Source: Tequatrovirus BCH953P4. From it: a stretch of DNA of 64,000 nt. Numbering within the stretch: the first letter of the stretch is position 1; the number at the start of each line of letters is the position of its first letter. A program made the position numbers and the translations under genes. The DNA lies in sequence record OZ035789.1. One strand, 5' to 3'. Shown piece after piece: positions 20,111 through 30,198 of this stretch. The notes beneath the pieces are model-generated. The model did no database searches. It was not told the origin of the DNA and saw nothing but the letters and a program-made list of their open reading frames with translations.

Positions 20111-20366
20111 TGTAAACTGATTTTTTCAACTTTCTTACTTCACCGCGTAATTGGCGATTTAGCTCATCTTTAACTTCTGAATCAATACCTTTCATTCTAC
20201 GCCATTTATCTGAGCGAAAAATGTTTTCAACCATATCTTTATGACTTACACCGTCTGGAGCTTTACGCTTTCCGAAATAGTCATAATCACGCACTTTTAA
20301 GTCTTTACGACGATACGTTTTACCCATGGAGTTTAATTTCCTTAGCAACTGAACTAAATACAGCAC
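20034..20366 (-). CDS. hypothetical basic protein
   Basis: 110 aa ORF, lysine/arginine rich. Confidence 0.45.
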   Translation of the reverse strand: MLYLVQLLRKLNSMGKTYRRKDLKVRDYDYFGKRKAPDGVSHKDMVENIFRSDKWRRMKGIDSEVKDELNRQLRGEVRKLKKSVYIDDDFDYNTSQRVAKRKSNECYRYS

Positions 20367-20523
20367 GATCGCAAATCATCTGTTTATTCCATTTAAGTAC
20401 AGTATAATGAACATCTAGATCATCTACTGCTGTAACAATAACAATATGTCCGTTAACACGATAATACTGATCTCTTTTAATCTCTTTATCAACCATATCA
20501 AATCCTCAAAGGCAATTCATATG

Positions 20524-20557
20524 TTAATAATACCACAGTTTGAACTTGTTGTAAACA
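20524..20557 (-). promoter_or_regulatory. early-type promoter (-35 GTTTACA)
   Basis: tgtaaaca element with AT-rich flank, same family as 4365..4398. Confidence 0.45.
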
Positions 20558-20637
20558 ACTTTGTGAAAAATATTTTAGGGAATGATAAGAAAGGAACGAT
20601 AGATTAGAATGGTAATATACAGAATGTGAGAAAGAAA

Positions 20638-20650
20638 GGCCCAGAGGGCC
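20638..20650 (-). terminator. hairpin GGCCC-UCU-GGGCC downstream of nrdH
   Basis: 5-bp GC stem. Confidence 0.45.
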
Positions 20651-20654
20651 CGTC

Positions 20655-20963
20655 TTAATCTTCTATGATATCTCTATCATATCCAAGTGAAATGAGAGTT
20701 TCTTTGAAGTGTTTAATGTTCTTTTGTCTAGAATCATTAATGAAAATGACTGGATAACGAATGTTAAGAGATGTGAATCCAGCGCGTTTAGCAAGAGATA
20801 CAATCAGTGGACGATCATACTCAATCTTACCATTATTTGTAAGAACTTTATAGAAAGTAAAAGGAGCATTGAGCTCCTTTAGAAGTTTTGTAACTGATTG
20901 ACACCCAGGACAACGACCTACTTCATCTGGAATTCCATAGACTTCAATCTTGTTTTGTTTCAC
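20655..20963 (-). CDS. nrdH: glutaredoxin-like NrdH redoxin
   Basis: 102 aa; CPGC active-site motif; adjacent to nrdG and nrdD. Confidence 0.8.
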   Translation of the reverse strand: MKQNKIEVYGIPDEVGRCPGCQSVTKLLKELNAPFTFYKVLTNNGKIEYDRPLIVSLAKRAGFTSLNIRYPVIFINDSRQKNIKHFKETLISLGYDRDIIED

Positions 20964-20965
20964 AA

Positions 20966-21178
20966 CTATTCCTTACTAAGAGCAGCATTCAGCTTATTAG
21001 TAATTTTATCCAGACGCTCATTGAACTCACTAGAAGACAGTCCTTTTTCTGGAGAAATCAAACTAATCACGAAAAATATAGCAATAAAAGGAATAAGGAA
21101 AATAGCTCCAACTGCCATAAACAGAAAGAATGTTACAGTTGTAAGAAAATCAGCTAAACCTTTACGAAATTTATACAT
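20966..21178 (-). CDS. small membrane protein
   Basis: 70 aa with a central hydrophobic helix. Confidence 0.5.
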   Translation of the reverse strand: MYKFRKGLADFLTTVTFFLFMAVGAIFLIPFIAIFFVISLISPEKGLSSSEFNERLDKITNKLNAALSKE

Positions 21179-21296
21179 TTACCTTTACCTTTAATTGATT
21201 AACCAAGCATTGATAAGCACTAAACTATATTGCGAATAAAATTCTGGACCAAAATGAAAAATCATATCATTTATAGTGTCCATAATATAATTCAAT

Positions 21297-21767
21297 TTAA
21301 TCATGTTTCCACACCCCATCGGTATTTGACCAAAGTCGCTGATTATCTGATCCTCGCCACAGCTTTTTGGTCGGAAGATTTTTCTCATACTTCCCATCAA
21401 TAATAACATCAACATATTTAAGCATTTCTAGTTGTTTAATATCTTCAAACTTATATCCTGTCCACAACCAAATGCTTTTATTGGGATAAAGATTTTTAAT
21501 AGTTTGAACCACAGAGTGAATCACGTCTCTGTTATCAGGATAAAGAGGGTCACCTCCGGTTATAGTCAATCCTTCTATATAATCATTATTCAAACATTCA
21601 ATTAATTGTTCTAGTGTTTCACCAGTGAATGGAACACCATTTCTAGCATTCCATGTTGATTTATTATAACACCCTTCGCATTTATGCAAACAACCTGTAA
21701 CGAAAAGAACGACCCTGCATCCAGGGCCATTCACAAAATCACAGGGATAAAATCTATCGTAATTCAT
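21297..21767 (-). CDS. nrdG: anaerobic ribonucleotide reductase activating protein (radical SAM)
   Basis: 156 aa; CxxxCxxC cluster (GCLHKCEGCYN); immediately downstream of nrdD. Confidence 0.88.
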   Translation of the reverse strand: MNYDRFYPCDFVNGPGCRVVLFVTGCLHKCEGCYNKSTWNARNGVPFTGETLEQLIECLNNDYIEGLTITGGDPLYPDNRDVIHSVVQTIKNLYPNKSIWLWTGYKFEDIKQLEMLKYVDVIIDGKYEKNLPTKKLWRGSDNQRLWSNTDGVWKHD

Positions 21768-23095
21768 TGGTGTTTAACCCTATGCATGATTTCTTTGTTT
21801 TTACCGAGATTAAATCCGCGTTCGTTCGGGTTTCCAAGATATCCGCATGTTCTTCTTATGGTATTCATCTTTTTAGGATCAGTTTCTCCACAAATAGAAC
21901 AAACAAATCCGTTTTCAGTAGGAGTCATTTCATGGGTACTTCCGCATGTAAAACATTTATCTACCGGCATGTTAACACCAAAATAATCTAAATGTTGTGC
22001 AGCATAATCCCATACGGCCTCAAGGCCTTTTAAGTTATTTTTCATATCAGGAAGTTCAACATAAGAAATGTGACCACCTGTCGCAATGAAATGATATGGC
22101 GCTTCACGAGAAATCTTTTCAAACGGAGTAATATTTTCTTCTACTGAAACATGGAAACTGTTAGTGTACCAGCCTTTATCGGTAACATCTTTTACACTTC
22201 CATATTTTTCTGTATCAAGTTTACAGAAGCGATAACAAAGGTTTTCAGCAGGAGTCGAATATAAACTAAAAGCAAATCCAGTTCTTTCAGTCCACTGTTT
22301 AAGATGAGCATTCATCTTAGTTAAAATTTCTTGTCCAATATCACGACCGACAAGAATATTCAATTCGTGAATACCAATGTATCCTAGGGACACTGAACTT
22401 CTACCGTTTTTAAATAACTCAATTATGTCGTCATCAGGTTTAAGACGAACCCCGAATGCACCTTCTTGGTAAAGAATAGGAGCAACAGTAGCTTTAACTC
22501 CTTTTAAGGAACTAATTCTACACATCAAAGCTTCAAAACATAAATCCATTCGTTCATTAAATAGCTCAACAAATTTCTGTTCATTGAACTGTGTTCCAAT
22601 ATAAGAATCTAACGCAATGCGAGGAAGATTCAGTGTTACAACACCAAGATTATTACGTCCATCAAGAATTTCATTACCAGTTGAATCTTTCCATACGCTC
22701 AAGAAACTACGGCAACCCATTGGAGAAACAGGAACAGATGAACCAGTGATAGCTTTATTGTTTTTAGCTGAAATAATATCAGGATACATCCTTTTGCTTG
22801 CACACTCTAGAGCAAGCTGCTTAATATCATAGTTCGGATCGTCTTTATAAAGATTAACACCTTCTTCGACGAACATAACAAGCTTAGGAAAAATAGGAGT
22901 TATCCCATCACGACCGAGACCTTTAATACGATTTTTCAGAATTGCTTTCTGAATCATTCGTTCAGTCCAGTCAGTTCCCGTACCAAATGTAATTGTTACA
23001 AAAGGTGTTTGTCCGTTAGAGCTGAAAAGTGTATTTACTTCATCATTATATTCAGCATGAGTCGCAAATTCATGCCCGTTTATATGAAACAACAA
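21764..23095 (-). CDS. nrdD: anaerobic ribonucleotide reductase NrdD, exon 2 (C-terminal part with glycyl-radical motif RTCGYLG); 3' splice site not resolved
   Basis: 443 aa ORF ending in the glycyl radical motif; upstream part continues in the ORF at 24081..24626 across about 1 kb containing an endonuclease ORF. Confidence 0.85.
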   Translation of the reverse strand: MLFHINGHEFATHAEYNDEVNTLFSSNGQTPFVTITFGTGTDWTERMIQKAILKNRIKGLGRDGITPIFPKLVMFVEEGVNLYKDDPNYDIKQLALECASKRMYPDIISAKNNKAITGSSVPVSPMGCRSFLSVWKDSTGNEILDGRNNLGVVTLNLPRIALDSYIGTQFNEQKFVELFNERMDLCFEALMCRISSLKGVKATVAPILYQEGAFGVRLKPDDDIIELFKNGRSSVSLGYIGIHELNILVGRDIGQEILTKMNAHLKQWTERTGFAFSLYSTPAENLCYRFCKLDTEKYGSVKDVTDKGWYTNSFHVSVEENITPFEKISREAPYHFIATGGHISYVELPDMKNNLKGLEAVWDYAAQHLDYFGVNMPVDKCFTCGSTHEMTPTENGFVCSICGETDPKKMNTIRRTCGYLGNPNERGFNLGKNKEIMHRVKHQ

Positions 23096-24085
23096 AATTT
23101 GGATAGTCCATAGATATGCAACGTTCTTTTATAGTGCTAGGATGAAAATTTAGCGCTTTAGCTGCTTCTATATAAGACGTATACTTAATACCGTCAACAA
23201 CCACATATTCAGGAACTTTATGAATAGTAGTCTTAATACTCAAAACAAGAGGATGAGTTTCGACTTCACTTTCAGTGCAATTTAAATATTCCGCTGCTTT
23301 TTTAAAACTTCTAAAAGTTTTATTTTTAAGCTTTATCGATACTTGTTTTTTACTTTTTCGACTATTGATATTATTTTGCACATGTTCCTTAGATCTTCCG
23401 TTTTTAGCATAATATTCAGCTACAGAAGATTTTATATTGTTTTTATGAGATTCGGATAACACTTTACCCTTATGAGCATCTCTTAATTTTTGAATATGTT
23501 CTTCAGTATCCGGATGCTTATAAAACTTTTTACCGCCTATGGATTTATTTAAACATTTTTTGCTATAAAAATATTTACGTATGACCTCTTCTTCATGTTT
23601 TAATGCATCTTTATAACTATCAAATGTTTTTAAAATTATCCATTTAGTAGGTGTATCAGTTTTTAAGCGTTCATTTATATACTTAGATGACGTTGTGTAA
23701 GTTTTCCAGTTTGTGGGCTTGTTTTTAATTGTTCTAAATTTTTTATAACCGATATAAATGTCGCCATTAGAAAACTTAACTAAGTATGTAAATGCGTCTT
23801 TATCTTTTATTTTAGTACAACGTCTTTTTATCCATTTCATTGTTTCACCTCGTATTCATAAGATAATCTTATTTATACAAGATGACTGCTGCATGTCGCC
23901 ATGCAGATTAGACTATATCTTCATCTTTCGATGCCGGCCGTTTCGAATAGCATTAGCTTCTATTCTACACCGCTACATTCATCACGGTTAGTCGTTAGGC
24001 ATTTAGTTCAAAAGAACATTTAGCACGGGATTGTCTACTAGAGAGGTTCCCCGTTTAGACCGGTTTTACATGAGCCTGAATTAAA
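23060..24085 (-). ncRNA. group I self-splicing intron interrupting nrdD (approximate boundaries)
   Basis: nrdD reading frame split in two; intervening 1 kb holds a homing endonuclease ORF plus about 240 nt of GC-rich structured non-coding sequence (23860..24080). Confidence 0.65.
23070..23840 (-). mobile_element. intron-encoded GIY-YIG homing endonuclease (I-TevII-like) inside the nrdD intron
   Basis: 256 aa; YLVKFSNGDIYIGYKK GIY-YIG motif; located between the two nrdD coding segments. Confidence 0.75.
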
Positions 24086-24626
24086 TTAACTCATACGCCT
24101 GAAACGCGTCGTATACATCTTTTTCTGTTTTAGATTGAGCATAATTCAACGCATCAGCGATTTGCCATTTTTCTGCATCCTCAATATGTTTTGCATAGGT
24201 GCGTTTAACATAAGGAGAAAGTACTTTATCTACATTAGCAAAAGTCGTTCCGCCATATTGGTGAGAAGCAACCTGTGCAGTAATTTGTGCCATAATTGCA
24301 GTAGCAACACCGATTGATTTAGGAGTTTCAATCTGTGCATTACCAAGCTTAAATCCGTTCTCAAGCATTCCTTTTAAATCTACTAAACAGCAATTAGTAA
24401 ATGGAAGAGCAGGGGAATAATCAATATCGTGGAAATGAATAATTCCGCTTTCATGCGCTTTCATAATAAAAGACGGGACCATATTTTTGGCAATGTGTTT
24501 AGACACAATACCAGCCATAAGGTCCCGTTGAGTTGGAAAAACACGAGAATCTTTGTTAGCATTCTCGTTTAAAAGGTCTTTATTAGTTTTATGAATCAAT
24601 CCTTCAATTTCTTTTTCAATTGTCAT
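24081..24626 (-). CDS. nrdD: anaerobic ribonucleotide reductase NrdD, exon 1 (5' splice site upstream of the in-frame stop, not resolved)
   Basis: 181 aa ORF starting MTIEKEIEGLIHK; start overlaps the gene 49 stop. Confidence 0.8.
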   Translation of the reverse strand: MTIEKEIEGLIHKTNKDLLNENANKDSRVFPTQRDLMAGIVSKHIAKNMVPSFIMKAHESGIIHFHDIDYSPALPFTNCCLVDLKGMLENGFKLGNAQIETPKSIGVATAIMAQITAQVASHQYGGTTFANVDKVLSPYVKRTYAKHIEDAEKWQIADALNYAQSKTEKDVYDAFQAYELI

Positions 24627-25096
24627 TTTAAACTCTTTCTAAGCTGCTTCTTAAATGAAGCTATTAATTGTGTTTTGGTGTCAGATTCATTATATTCAAA
24701 TCCTCTTTGAAGCATCTCGGCCATCATTTCCTCTTTTCCTAAACGAGAAAATTCCTTTGATTTATCTCCAACAAAGTTAGGGTGAATATTATTTTGGGTG
24801 TAATCGGATTTTAAATAAGTAAGTAAATTTTCTAACCATTCAAGATAATCAACACCTTGTCCCTTTAAGCCAGAACGATTAAATTTATGCTTCATTTGAC
24901 CTTCTGCGGCATTGCAGAGATTACAAAGCAATCCACGTACCTTTCCTGCTTTTGGTCCATTTAATTCATGGTCATGGTCGAGGTGATTAGCTTGAACATC
25001 AGGATTTAGTTCTCGTTGGCAAATTAAGCATTTACCGTTTTGTGCATCATAAAATTTCTGTTTTTCTTCTTTATATAATTTGCCAGTCAATAACAT
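24623..25096 (-). CDS. 49: endonuclease VII (Holliday junction resolvase)
   Basis: 157 aa; zinc-binding CLICQ...HLDHDH motif; matches recalled T4 gp49. Confidence 0.9.
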   Translation of the reverse strand: MLLTGKLYKEEKQKFYDAQNGKCLICQRELNPDVQANHLDHDHELNGPKAGKVRGLLCNLCNAAEGQMKHKFNRSGLKGQGVDYLEWLENLLTYLKSDYTQNNIHPNFVGDKSKEFSRLGKEEMMAEMLQRGFEYNESDTKTQLIASFKKQLRKSLK

Positions 25097-25137
25097 AATA
25101 AACCCTTACCTTAAATAGATAAGGGTATTTATTATTT

Positions 25138-25623
25138 TCAAGTATTGTAAAACATTTGATGCAATCGCTTATATTGCTGAATCATTCGGTCAGAAAAAGA
25201 AATTTGATTTTCAAGCCATTCAATGTATTCTGCGGCAGCTTGCATCAGGTTACCTTCATAGCCATCGTTATTTTCTTGCGCAGCTAATTTAGCTAATGCG
25301 TATGAAATACGTTCACCTTGAAAAGAGGCTTCAGGCTTCTGAACAACTTGATTAGTTCGCTCTACAACTTCTTCAATTTCGCCAATTTCGACTGATTCAG
25401 TATTCCACAAGCACCAATACGTAATTGGCTTATCGTAGATATTAATAATCTTTCCATCAGAAAGTTCAATTTCAATAATTCCAGTATCAGGCTCTATATC
25501 ATCTTCACATTCTTTTGCAAGTTCACGAACTTTAAAGACAGTACCTGCACTAAGTTCAGGCCAGTAATTACACAGCCCTGTATCAGCACGATTAATTCTA
25601 AACCACTTATCTACTGTAATCAT
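25138..25623 (-). CDS. hypothetical protein, pin position (possible Lon protease inhibitor)
   Basis: 161 aa from MITVDKWF; assignment by position and length only. Confidence 0.5.
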   Translation of the reverse strand: MITVDKWFRINRADTGLCNYWPELSAGTVFKVRELAKECEDDIEPDTGIIEIELSDGKIINIYDKPITYWCLWNTESVEIGEIEEVVERTNQVVQKPEASFQGERISYALAKLAAQENNDGYEGNLMQAAAEYIEWLENQISFSDRMIQQYKRLHQMFYNT

Positions 25624-25746
25624 GTCCCATCTCCATATCAATTAAGTCATTTATCGTTGGTTCATTATATACTGTTTCTTCATCAGTGTAAACCGGTTCT
25701 TCCGGCTCTGGCTCTACAGTTTCCCATCTAGCCGCCCACCAAGGTT

Positions 25747-26067
25747 TTATAGCGTAATCCATTCTCTTACTGTCTGAGTTACTACACGTTCTCGAAGCTC
25801 AACCAGTTCAACGGTAGGAACTGCATAATACCAGTCAGAATGGTAAGAACCTGAGCGAGATTCATTTACGGAAACATATACGTAGTGTTTTGGGCTAAAG
25901 TAAATTACTCGACGATATTGGCATTTGCCTTGTTGAGTCCATTCTTCGGATTCAATCGGAATAAGATAGTCGGAAAAATCGAAATCATAGTTTTCCGAAA
26001 ATGCATCATGGTCTTCAATGATTTCGCTCAGAACTGCATCAACATCTAATTTATTTTCAGTATTCAT
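25747..26067 (-). CDS. hypothetical acidic protein
   Basis: 106 aa ORF. Confidence 0.5.
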   Translation of the reverse strand: MNTENKLDVDAVLSEIIEDHDAFSENYDFDFSDYLIPIESEEWTQQGKCQYRRVIYFSPKHYVYVSVNESRSGSYHSDWYYAVPTVELVELRERVVTQTVREWITL

Positions 26068-26078
26068 TTTTTCACCAA

Positions 26079-26273
26079 TTAATTTCGCAATTTATTAAGT
26101 TCTTCATAATCAATCCAGGATTCTAATCCTGATGGCAAATCAGATTCAATTTCCCAAAGAAGTTCTTCAATTTTATGAAGACGATCTAATTCTTCAGCTG
26201 GAATAGTAACCATTGACGGAGTTCTTGATACACTAATATCGTAAATCATATTTACCCCAGTTTGACCATGCAA
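26079..26273 (-). CDS. small hypothetical protein
   Basis: 64 aa ORF. Confidence 0.45.
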   Translation of the reverse strand: MHGQTGVNMIYDISVSRTPSMVTIPAEELDRLHKIEELLWEIESDLPSGLESWIDYEELNKLRN

Positions 26274-26467
26274 TCACCGTATTTCCACTTAGAAATAGAC
26301 TTTTCACCATTAGAATAATAAACTTCGAGTTTAGCACGATTATTTTTAATTTGAATAACCTTGGCTGTCATCAAAGTTCCATACCCATAATAAACTGCAA
26401 CTTCATCACCTACATATACCGTGCTTCCGCGGTAATCATGAATATAGTCAGTTCCTTCGAGCATCAT
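26252..26467 (-). CDS. small hypothetical protein
   Basis: 71 aa ORF. Confidence 0.45.
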   Translation of the reverse strand: MMLEGTDYIHDYRGSTVYVGDEVAVYYGYGTLMTAKVIQIKNNRAKLEVYYSNGEKSISKWKYGDCMVKLG

Positions 26468-26727
26468 TTAAAGTATTCCCGCAATTGATCAAATCCACCA
26501 ATATGACTTCCATCAGGAGCAAATACCTGAGGCATTGTCAAGCCGATTTGAGTATCACGACCTAGTTTAGTCAGAAGCTCAGCGATTTTCTCATCATCAA
26601 AAACACCTTTTTCCGGCATAATGTTGATAAATTCAAACGGCTGTTTCTTCACGGTCAAAAGACGTTTTGCATTATCGCAATACACACATTTATGAATGTT
26701 GCTATCATAACCATATACTTTAAACAT
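26464..26727 (-). CDS. nrdC: glutaredoxin/thioredoxin NrdC
   Basis: 87 aa as in T4 NrdC; CVYC active site. Confidence 0.85.
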   Translation of the reverse strand: MFKVYGYDSNIHKCVYCDNAKRLLTVKKQPFEFINIMPEKGVFDDEKIAELLTKLGRDTQIGLTMPQVFAPDGSHIGGFDQLREYFK

Positions 26728-26728
26728 A

Positions 26729-26971
26729 TTATTCCTTAATTCCTAGTACTTGTTTAAAAGTCTCGTCGTAATCAAGACTTTGGCCCGTTTGTTCTTTATG
26801 TTTGTATATAATATCACTTACTTCTGATAGCATATTTTTATATGAACGAGTTAAAGCAGATTTAAGCACGCTGTATCTATCAGGAAATTTACCATGTTCA
26901 TTATAATAAGCTATTGCTAATTCACGGACTGCTTTTTCAGCAATCTCCATACATTCTTTACGCTTGGTCAT
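26729..26971 (-). CDS. small hypothetical protein (start taken at internal Met)
   Basis: 80 aa from [13 protein letters not shown]; the longer ORF would overlap the upstream gene. Confidence 0.45.
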   Translation of the reverse strand: MTKRKECMEIAEKAVRELAIAYYNEHGKFPDRYSVLKSALTRSYKNMLSEVSDIIYKHKEQTGQSLDYDETFKQVLGIKE

Positions 26972-27275
26972 TTTCTTCTCTCTCAAATCGATGTTTGCAA
27001 TGACGGCATTTATAACGAAGATTACTAGTCTGCCAATGGACCAATTGCACCTGTTCAGTTCCACATTCAGGGCAATTAGGAACGTTTTTAGAAGCGCGTT
27101 CGCGGCGTTCAACCATAACCATAATGGCATCCCAAGCAGGAGGTTTAAAGTCTAAATCATCACAACCATGAATCTTTCCACGCATTTCCAAATCGTCTTC
27201 TTCACCGGACATAATAATTTTAATTAAACTGGAATTACTTGAAGCTGCAATGTCTTCTAATAGACGCTTTTTCAT
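26958..27275 (-). CDS. hypothetical zinc-ribbon protein
   Basis: 105 aa; CPECG...CRHCKH four-cysteine motif. Confidence 0.55.
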   Translation of the reverse strand: MKKRLLEDIAASSNSSLIKIIMSGEEDDLEMRGKIHGCDDLDFKPPAWDAIMVMVERRERASKNVPNCPECGTEQVQLVHWQTSNLRYKCRHCKHRFEREENDQA

Positions 27276-28249
27276 TTCAATACCTCAATAGCATTACGTA
27301 AACCATTTGCTTTTGCATTAAGAGCTTTTAACAATTTGGTGTGTTCTGCAATTTGGGCTTCAACTTCAATCAAACGAGCATTGAGATATTCGCGTTCTTC
27401 ACTCAGATTATCAACCTTTTCTACTTTAGGTTCTTTTACAACTGGCTTATACGTATTAGGGTTCTTCAGTTTAATTAGAATGCGTGAACTGTATAACATT
27501 GAACCATTATCTTCGGTTTCATCATACATTTCTACTACGTCCATGATTTTTAACATCATGCGAAGTTTATAAGACAACGAACGAATAGTTTTGTTGTGCT
27601 TATTAATTTCTCTAGCTGTCATGGTGCCGAGATTACGTGAGTAATAATAAGGAACCTGGATATTAATTAATACTGATGAACCACCTGGCTTGTGTGTTAC
27701 TTCATCAGCAATAACCCAGTCCTTAACATGAACTGTATTTGTACGGTCATCGCCAGCGGTAAACAGTTTGCGAGCATGCTTAAAAAGCATATTCACTTGA
27801 GTATTGAATTGACAAGCAAATTTATCAGCAAATTTAGTTTCAGGAATGGTAGATAACCAATCAGCCAAATGGGTCTTTTTAACATCGTTAATAATAGTAA
27901 ATTCAACCAAATCAGTTATAGATGTCGCAGTTTTAATGAAGCTCGGCTTCATAAAGTTTTTAATGTTATCACGAGCTACAGTAGAAGATAACATACGAGA
28001 ACGTTTAAACCATTCAAGCAAATTGCCCAATGAATGAGAATAGGCGTTCTGAGTATCTTTACAGATATGATTTTCCTGGCCAACATATTGAAGGAAATCA
28101 CGAAGAATATTATTGATTACTGCTCTGTGTCCTATCTGATAATTACGGTGTTTAGTAATAAGACTATCAAAATAATCAATATAATGTTTACGAGTCATAT
28201 TAATCTCCTCAGTAGAAAGTAAGAACATTATACCACATCCTTGTGGCAA
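27272..28249 (-). CDS. hypothetical protein with C-terminal KPV-plus-coiled-coil module (paralog family member 1)
   Basis: 325 aa; C-terminal heptad-repeat segment preceded by NPNTYKPVVKEPK. Confidence 0.6.
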   Translation of the reverse strand: MPQGCGIMFLLSTEEINMTRKHYIDYFDSLITKHRNYQIGHRAVINNILRDFLQYVGQENHICKDTQNAYSHSLGNLLEWFKRSRMLSSTVARDNIKNFMKPSFIKTATSITDLVEFTIINDVKKTHLADWLSTIPETKFADKFACQFNTQVNMLFKHARKLFTAGDDRTNTVHVKDWVIADEVTHKPGGSSVLINIQVPYYYSRNLGTMTAREINKHNKTIRSLSYKLRMMLKIMDVVEMYDETEDNGSMLYSSRILIKLKNPNTYKPVVKEPKVEKVDNLSEEREYLNARLIEVEAQIAEHTKLLKALNAKANGLRNAIEVLK

Positions 28250-28255
28250 AGTAAA

Positions 28256-29278
28256 CTAGTTCAGTGCATTTAGTGCATTGTTCAGTTTAGAACGTTGCTT
28301 CGTGAGATTTTTGACTTTTTCTTGAGCTTTTTCTAACATCTTTTCAGCTTCTAACACTTCATTAGTTGCTTTAACGAGTTCATCATCTACTGCCTTGATA
28401 GACTTCTCAATCGCATCCGCGTGCCATTTTTCAACAGGTTTAAGACTCGGATTTTCAACAGGAAGAAAATTCACTTTATTGAATTTCCATGCATCCTTAT
28501 TACCTGAACTATACATCCAAAATTTAGGATCGTTTGATGAGTAATTAGATAAATTTAAGTTATCTTGCACTTCCTGCTTTTTCTCTTGCGGGACTTCGTC
28601 CTTTCTCAAAAAATCGTATTTAAATGAAACGATCATATCAAGTTCATACGTTGTTGTGTCTAATTTAAATCGCTCAAAACGAGGTAAAATCTTAGACTGA
28701 ACAGCGGCAACAACATCCATATACTTAAATGCTTCTGTCAACTGCGATTTAAGGCATTCGCAAATTGAAAGAGAATTTTTTGTATTAGGTTTAAAGCTAA
28801 TTCGTGCAGTTCTGTTATTTTCTTTTAATGGTCTTACTTCCATCTGAAGAGTATAACCATCAAATTTCAGGTTCTTTAAGTTAATGTCAGAACCTTTTAA
28901 TCGACTAGCCGTGGACAAAATTTGCTTTAATTGTTTACGGAATAGAGCAATAAATCTCCATTCAATACGATAATGATTTGGATTGAAAAATCCAGATGAT
29001 AAATTAACCTTACTTTGACCAACGCCTTGAACAAATAGAGGATTTTTATAATCAATAGTTTTACAGAAATCGGTGAGCTGCTCACGAGCAGTCATTTGCG
29101 TAATATACCCTGCTTTACTAAAATTACGCACCCATTCACTGCTATTCGTATACTTAAAGTGATGAATAACACGATTAACTTTATCAGGGTCTAAATTATT
29201 TTCACACAAAAATGTCATAACATCACGAGTATAGCTGGCATTACGAACCATATCTTCAATTTGAGAACGAGTTTTCAT
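28256..29278 (-). CDS. hypothetical protein with C-terminal coiled-coil module (paralog family member 2)
   Basis: 340 aa; C-terminal NPSLKPVEK followed by a coiled coil. Confidence 0.6.
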   Translation of the reverse strand: MKTRSQIEDMVRNASYTRDVMTFLCENNLDPDKVNRVIHHFKYTNSSEWVRNFSKAGYITQMTAREQLTDFCKTIDYKNPLFVQGVGQSKVNLSSGFFNPNHYRIEWRFIALFRKQLKQILSTASRLKGSDINLKNLKFDGYTLQMEVRPLKENNRTARISFKPNTKNSLSICECLKSQLTEAFKYMDVVAAVQSKILPRFERFKLDTTTYELDMIVSFKYDFLRKDEVPQEKKQEVQDNLNLSNYSSNDPKFWMYSSGNKDAWKFNKVNFLPVENPSLKPVEKWHADAIEKSIKAVDDELVKATNEVLEAEKMLEKAQEKVKNLTKQRSKLNNALNALN

Positions 29279-29286
29279 GGTGTTCC

Positions 29287-30198
29287 TTAAGATTTAAGTA
29301 AATCAACAATTTTAATTAACTTTTCACGCTCAGATTTAGCTTTACTACTCAGTCCAGATAGTCTGAAAATTTCATCATCATACTGTTGAATAGAAATATT
29401 CAGCTCTTCAATTTGCTTATTAAAATAATCAATTTGTTCAGAATGTTTTTCATTACTACGAACTGGTACAGGTTTTGTAGGCAATTTAGTTGAACTGGAT
29501 TCATCCGGGCGATAAATTAAAATACAATTTGAACCAATCGGACATTTAGCACCAGACACATATTCTAATGTTCCAGCTTCTTTTAAAACTTCAAAAGCTA
29601 AACAGAGATGATGCCCCATATTAACATAATCTGTAGAGCGAGCTCTGATATAATAATCATCTCCACGAGTGCTAAATTTAAAGCATTTAAGGTCTTCTGT
29701 ATTATTAGTTTTAAAAATCATTTGTTTATCTAGACCTTTAGCTAATCGAGCGCCTAATGCTAATAATCGTCGTTGATTTTCCCACAAATCCGCAATCATT
29801 TGATCGAATGATAATTTTGGCATTAGTCGACCATAAAGGTCATATCCTTTATTATAATTACGAAGGATTTCACTCGCATTAATACGAGATAATGCTCCAA
29901 TTTTATTAAGGGCTTTCATGATGCGATTAGATAAACTCATTCCAGACCCGTTTGTTCGCTGTAAATGTTTTTCTAATCCAAATCCAATATCAACTTTAAA
30001 CTTATCTAAAATTTCAGCATGAACATCTCTGTCAATAACATTCAAATCCAAAGTTGAGTTAAATCTATGAAAAAATTTATCTGGCTCTCCACGACGAAAT
30101 ACAGTCCATTCATTCATCATTTTTTTATTAACTAAAGATTTAATTACTGCATTGACATTATTAATTACTACTGACATATTTTCCTCACTCAATTTCAA
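29287..30198 (-). CDS. hypothetical protein with C-terminal coiled-coil module (paralog family member 3)
   Basis: 303 aa; C-terminal LPTKPVPV followed by a coiled coil. Confidence 0.6.
   Translation of the reverse strand: MKLSEENMSVVINNVNAVIKSLVNKKMMNEWTVFRRGEPDKFFHRFNSTLDLNVIDRDVHAEILDKFKVDIGFGLEKHLQRTNGSGMSLSNRIMKALNKIGALSRINASEILRNYNKGYDLYGRLMPKLSFDQMIADLWENQRRLLALGARLAKGLDKQMIFKTNNTEDLKCFKFSTRGDDYYIRARSTDYVNMGHHLCLAFEVLKEAGTLEYVSGAKCPIGSNCILIYRPDESSSTKLPTKPVPVRSNEKHSEQIDYFNKQIEELNISIQQYDDEIFRLSGLSSKAKSEREKLIKIVDLLKS

Noticed and set aside
21191-21415. 74-aa ORF overlapping the 3' end of nrdG
   Set aside because: Out-of-frame overlap with a strongly supported gene; no independent start signals.
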